Virus record (IMG/VR): IMGVR_UViG_3300004154_000345 | Length of the DNA: 44,089 nt | Strand: one strand, 5' to 3' | Source: a virus | Part shown: piece by piece, positions 41,320-44,089 of the stretch | Layout of the letters: the number at the start of each line of letters is the position of its first letter | Position numbering within the stretch: position 1 is the first letter of the stretch | Notes under the pieces: model-generated | Databases searched by the model: none | Seen by the model: the letters and a program-made list of their open reading frames with translations, nothing else | What the model was told of the DNA's origin: nothing | Made by a program: the position numbers and the translations under genes

Positions 41320-41631
41320 CTATTCTACTACTACGGCTGTACCCGATGCTACAACCATTAACATATTAGCAATTGTTTCATAATCTACTTTCACTCCAAT
41401 TATAGCATTAGCTCCTACTCTTTCTGCTCTTGCAATCATTTCTTTTAAAGCCTCTGCTCTTGTATTTATTAATTCTTCTTCATATTCTGTAACTCTTCCT
41501 CCAGAGAAATTTGCAAATGCTGCAGAAAAATCCCTTGAGTAAGAAATACCATTTATTATTTCCCCAAATATTACTCCCCTATATTCTTTTATATTTTTGT
41601 TACTAAAACTATCTGTCGTAGTTATAATCAT
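41320..41631 (-). CDS. YbjQ/UPF0145-family protein
   Basis: 103 aa; MIITTTDSFSNKNIKEYRGVIFGEII...ARAERVGANAIIGVKVDYETI...VVASGTAVVVE; RBS AAAGGAG. Confidence 0.85.
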   Translation of the reverse strand: MIITTTDSFSNKNIKEYRGVIFGEIINGISYSRDFSAAFANFSGGRVTEYEEELINTRAEALKEMIARAERVGANAIIGVKVDYETIANMLMVVASGTAVVVE

Positions 41632-41681
41632 ATTCTTTACTCCTTTTCCCTTAATAATTTTTAATCAATTTTTTCATATTA

Positions 41682-42374
41682 TTATTTAATACTATTTAAA
41701 ACATTATCAACTTGCTGTTGATTATTTTTAATCATATTATCAACTTCTTGTTGATACTGTTGTTGATTATCTTTCAACATATCTTCAACTTCTTGTTGAT
41801 ATTGTTGTTGATTATCTTTTTTTAAATCTTCTGCATTTTGATTATACGTTATTTTAGTATCATTTTTTACTTCTTCTGCTTTACTAGCTACATCTTGTTG
41901 TAATTGAAAAGTTTTGTTAAACATATCTTTAAAACCTGATCCTACAGCAAAAAAAGAAGCAATAATAATCATACTCATTATAACAAAAAACAATAATGGC
42001 AAACCAATTATTAAAAATAAAAACTTCTTAGACTTTTTGTCTTTTTTTACATAATTAATATTCTGATTCTCTTCTTTTTGATTTTCTCCTGTTGGAATAT
42101 ATTTTGTATCTATTCCAACAAATTCTCCACTTGCATTAGTTGATTTTACATTATTTGTATTCACTTTGTTTGACTTATCATTATTTGATAACAATTCATC
42201 TGTATTAACATTAAAATACTCTGAGATTTGAACTAATTTACCTATTTCCGGAGTTGTTTCTCCAAGTTCCCATTTTGAAACTGTCTGTCTTGACACATTC
42301 AAAACATCAGCTAATTCTTGCTGAGACAATCCTTTTTCTTTTCTTAACTTCATCAATTTTTCATTAAAATTCAT
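41682..42374 (-). CDS. XRE-family HTH regulator with internal TM helix and Gln-rich repeat tail
   Basis: LRKEKGLSQQELADVLNVSRQTVSKWELGETTPEIGKLVQISEYFNVNTDELL; TM KFLFLIIGLPLLFFVIMSMIIIASFF. Confidence 0.9.
   Translation of the reverse strand: MNFNEKLMKLRKEKGLSQQELADVLNVSRQTVSKWELGETTPEIGKLVQISEYFNVNTDELLSNNDKSNKVNTNNVKSTNASGEFVGIDTKYIPTGENQKEENQNINYVKKDKKSKKFLFLIIGLPLLFFVIMSMIIIASFFAVGSGFKDMFNKTFQLQQDVASKAEEVKNDTKITYNQNAEDLKKDNQQQYQQEVEDMLKDNQQQYQQEVDNMIKNNQQQVDNVLNSIK
41726..41815. repeat. Two 45-bp intragenic tandem repeats encoding DNQQQYQQEVxxMxK units
   Basis: KDNQQQYQQEVEDMLKDNQQQYQQEVDNMIKNNQQQVDNVL. Confidence 0.8.
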
Positions 42375-42404
42375 TTAATACTCCTCCTTTGATTAATAAT
42401 TAAA

Positions 42405-42434
42405 TTATACCGCATTAGTTTATTATTATCAACC
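42405..42434 (-). promoter_or_regulatory. Promoter of the XRE gene, adjacent to an inverted repeat
   Basis: Minus strand TTGATA (42429-42434) - 18 nt - TATAAT (42405-42410); CCAACTTTAATTGG immediately upstream is palindromic at its ends. Confidence 0.6.
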
Positions 42435-42511
42435 AATTAAAGTTGGAAATTTGTCAACTTTTCTTAACATTTTGATTAATTTTTCTGGCAAAATTTACAT
42501 ACTAAAGATTT

Positions 42512-43717
42512 TTAAGATTTTCTCCAAAACTCAGACACTAAAGGTTTATATGCATAATTTCTTATAGTATCATAACTTAATTTTTCATAATTTTTTTTAT
42601 TGTGTTTTCCTGTAACAATATATCTTAAGTACTGTTGCATGTATTCGTCTATTTCTTTTAAAGAGTCCTGAGTTGTTATTATTGGAAAATACCATCTTGA
42701 CCATGTAAGATCTGTATTATCACCTTTTAAATCATAAAATTTTTTATTGAATTTTCTAATCATTGCCTTAACAGCTCTTTCACTATCCGCATCTTTTTTT
42801 AACATCCAACGTCTAATTTTCCTTGCGGTTCTTCTAATTTTGCCCTTGATTTTTTCTTTAGCAACATTAGAAATATCAATTTGATTATTTCGATACTCGA
42901 AACCTAGGAAAGACCAAGTGCCTCCTGGTAAAATATACTCTTTTTTAGATTCATTAATTAAAAGACCTTTTTCTTGTATTCTCTCTTCCAAAAGTTTTAT
43001 TGTAGTTTCAAATGAATTCTTATCAGTAAAAACTAAAATATCATCAGAATATCTTGAGTAGAGAATGTTATTTTCTTGAAAAAATTTGTCTAAATCTGTT
43101 AAATATAGATTCGCTAAAAAAGCAGAAATTGGAGTTCCTGCCATTATTCCCTTTTTCTCAAGAATTATTCCCCCATTAAAACCAGTTTTATCATTACTTA
43201 AAATAGACTCAAACAAATAGTACAATTGTATATCTTCAGACATCAATTCGCGTAAGACTGGCAAAAGTTTATCTATATTTACACTATTAAAATAATTCTG
43301 AATATCTATTTTGTAACCATACATTTCGCTTATTCCCGTAGTGTTTACAATTTTTCTCACAGCATTTTTTACACTGTAATTTTTTCTAAATGAATAACAA
43401 TTTTCTGCAAAAATATTATTATACTTTTCTAAAAGCAAAAATGACAATACTTTTAATATCATCATTTCATCCTCATTAAATGTATAAATTACTCTTTTCT
43501 TATTTGTTCTTATTTTATTTATTGTATGTTTTGTAGGATTTGAAAAAACATACTTATAATCAGCAATTTTTTTTGCGATCTCAATATATTTTTTTCCATT
43601 TATATAATTTTTAAAATACTCTTTTTCTTTATTTGTTAATAAGTTGTTATTGATTTTATAATTCAAAAATTCGTCCCAAACTTCATGTTTTAACAATTTA
43701 TTTAATAAACTATCCAC
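42512..43717 (-). CDS. Reverse transcriptase (non-LTR/group II-like fold; subfamily undetermined, possibly defence-type)
   Basis: 401 aa, GTG start at 43715-43717; KKGIMAGTPISAFLANLYLTDLDKFF, catalytic ILYSRYSDDILVF, TWSFLGFEY; basic thumb-like helix KIKGKIRRTARKIRRW; no HNH/maturase endonuclease tail seen. Confidence 0.9.
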   Translation of the reverse strand: MDSLLNKLLKHEVWDEFLNYKINNNLLTNKEKEYFKNYINGKKYIEIAKKIADYKYVFSNPTKHTINKIRTNKKRVIYTFNEDEMMILKVLSFLLLEKYNNIFAENCYSFRKNYSVKNAVRKIVNTTGISEMYGYKIDIQNYFNSVNIDKLLPVLRELMSEDIQLYYLFESILSNDKTGFNGGIILEKKGIMAGTPISAFLANLYLTDLDKFFQENNILYSRYSDDILVFTDKNSFETTIKLLEERIQEKGLLINESKKEYILPGGTWSFLGFEYRNNQIDISNVAKEKIKGKIRRTARKIRRWMLKKDADSERAVKAMIRKFNKKFYDLKGDNTDLTWSRWYFPIITTQDSLKEIDEYMQQYLRYIVTGKHNKKNYEKLSYDTIRNYAYKPLVSEFWRKS

Positions 43718-43754
43718 AAACTACCCCGATTTCTATACTATTTTATAATATAAT

Positions 43755-43885
43755 AAAAAAGCAAAAAGAACAATTTTGAAATTGATTTATCAATACAAGA
43801 CTGAACTTATAGTAGCCACTTGCACAACTTATTTAACTATAAGCTTCATCTCACCACAAGTGTTGTTACATCTTTTTGCTTTTTT
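43755..43885 (-). ncRNA. Candidate structured RT-associated non-coding RNA (about 131 nt)
   Basis: 15-nt perfect inverted repeat AAAAAAGCAAAAAGA (43871-43885) / TCTTTTTGCTTTTTT (43755-43769) enclosing an H-type pseudoknot: CACTTG (43857-43862) with CAAGTG (43817-43822), and CTTATAGT (43836-43843) with ACTATAAG (43806-43813); good promoter directly upstream. Confidence 0.7.
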
Positions 43886-43887
43886 GC

Positions 43888-43916
43888 ATTATATTCTATT
43901 TATACATCTTAGTCAA
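43888..43916 (-). promoter_or_regulatory. sigma70-type promoter of the ncRNA/RT unit
   Basis: Minus strand TTGACT (43911-43916) - 17 nt - TATAAT (43888-43893); predicted start falls at the closing inverted repeat. Confidence 0.8.
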
Positions 43917-43965
43917 ATTTTAAATACATACTATAAAATTTCTACCTAATCTTTTTCACTTCACC

Positions 43966-44089
43966 ATTTCTACCTAATATATTTTGAATCTTCGAAATAT
44001 GGGATATCCTGTTTTGAGAAACTCCATATAATTTCTACCTAATATATTTTGAATCTTCGGAATATGGGATATCCTGTTTTGAGAAACTC
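43966..44089. repeat. 65-bp tandem repeat, about 1.9 copies, running off the window edge
   Basis: ATTTCTACCTAATATATTTTGAATCTTCGAAATATGGGATATCCTGTTTTGAGAAACTCCATATA at 43966-44030, repeated from 44031 with one mismatch (CGA to CGG). Confidence 0.9.

Noticed and set aside
42512-43717. Group II intron
   Set aside because: No maturase/HNH tail and no recognisable domain V (AGC...GUUC-type hairpin) 3' of the RT ORF before the XRE gene.
35359-43717. Adhesins, YbjQ, XRE and RT as one operon
   Set aside because: The XRE and ncRNA/RT units have separate promoter-like sequences and the adhesins their own signals; only XRE-ybjQ looks co-transcribed.
43755-43885. Classical retron msr-msd
   Set aside because: Inverted arms flank the RNA as in a1/a2, but the interior is a pseudoknot rather than a long msd hairpin, no evident branching-G context was recognised, and the RT lacks an obvious VTG motif in the usual place. 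Not excluded, only unsupported.
42512-44089. Diversity-generating retroelement
   Set aside because: No avd-like gene and no template/variable repeat pair with adenine-specific differences was found; the 65-bp repeat copies differ by a single A/G and are non-coding.
43966-44089. Type V-A-like CRISPR array
   Set aside because: The whole 65-bp unit is repeated including the would-be spacer, the repeat lacks the GTAGAT hairpin arm, and no cas gene is in the window.

Overview
AT-rich (Firmicutes/Clostridia-like) window in which every convincing gene lies on the minus strand. Reading right to left: (a) a reverse transcriptase ORF (42512-43717) preceded by a compact structured non-coding region with its own promoter, a 15-nt closing inverted repeat and an H-type pseudoknot; (b) an XRE-family membrane regulator and a YbjQ/UPF0145 protein; (c) two giant paralogous surface proteins with candidate thioester-domain motifs and DUF11-like repeats (35359-40725 and 28769-34342); (d) a 12-gene type IV secretion-like locus starting at a clear promoter near 28.3 kb: VirB2-like pilin, PrgI-like protein, split VirB4 (N-terminal part plus ATPase), three VirB6/TrbL-like channel proteins (one with an apparently inactivated NlpC/P60-like domain), a 1496-aa membrane-anchored protein with a lysozyme-like C-terminus, and several small anchored proteins; (e) a giant ORF (1-8161, at least 2720 aa, running off the left edge, absent from the supplied ORF track) made of three ~870-aa modules of glycine-rich, Ig/Big-like and RCC1-like segments. 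No relaxase, VirD4/T4CP, integrase, tRNA, rRNA or credible CRISPR-Cas locus is visible. Best candidates for undescribed biology are the RT plus pseudoknot RNA, the relaxase-less T4SS-like locus linked to the giant repeat protein, and a 115-118 bp GC-rich palindromic element whose two copies flank one adhesin gene and show a compensatory stem change. All family names come from motif recognition by eye; no database search was run.
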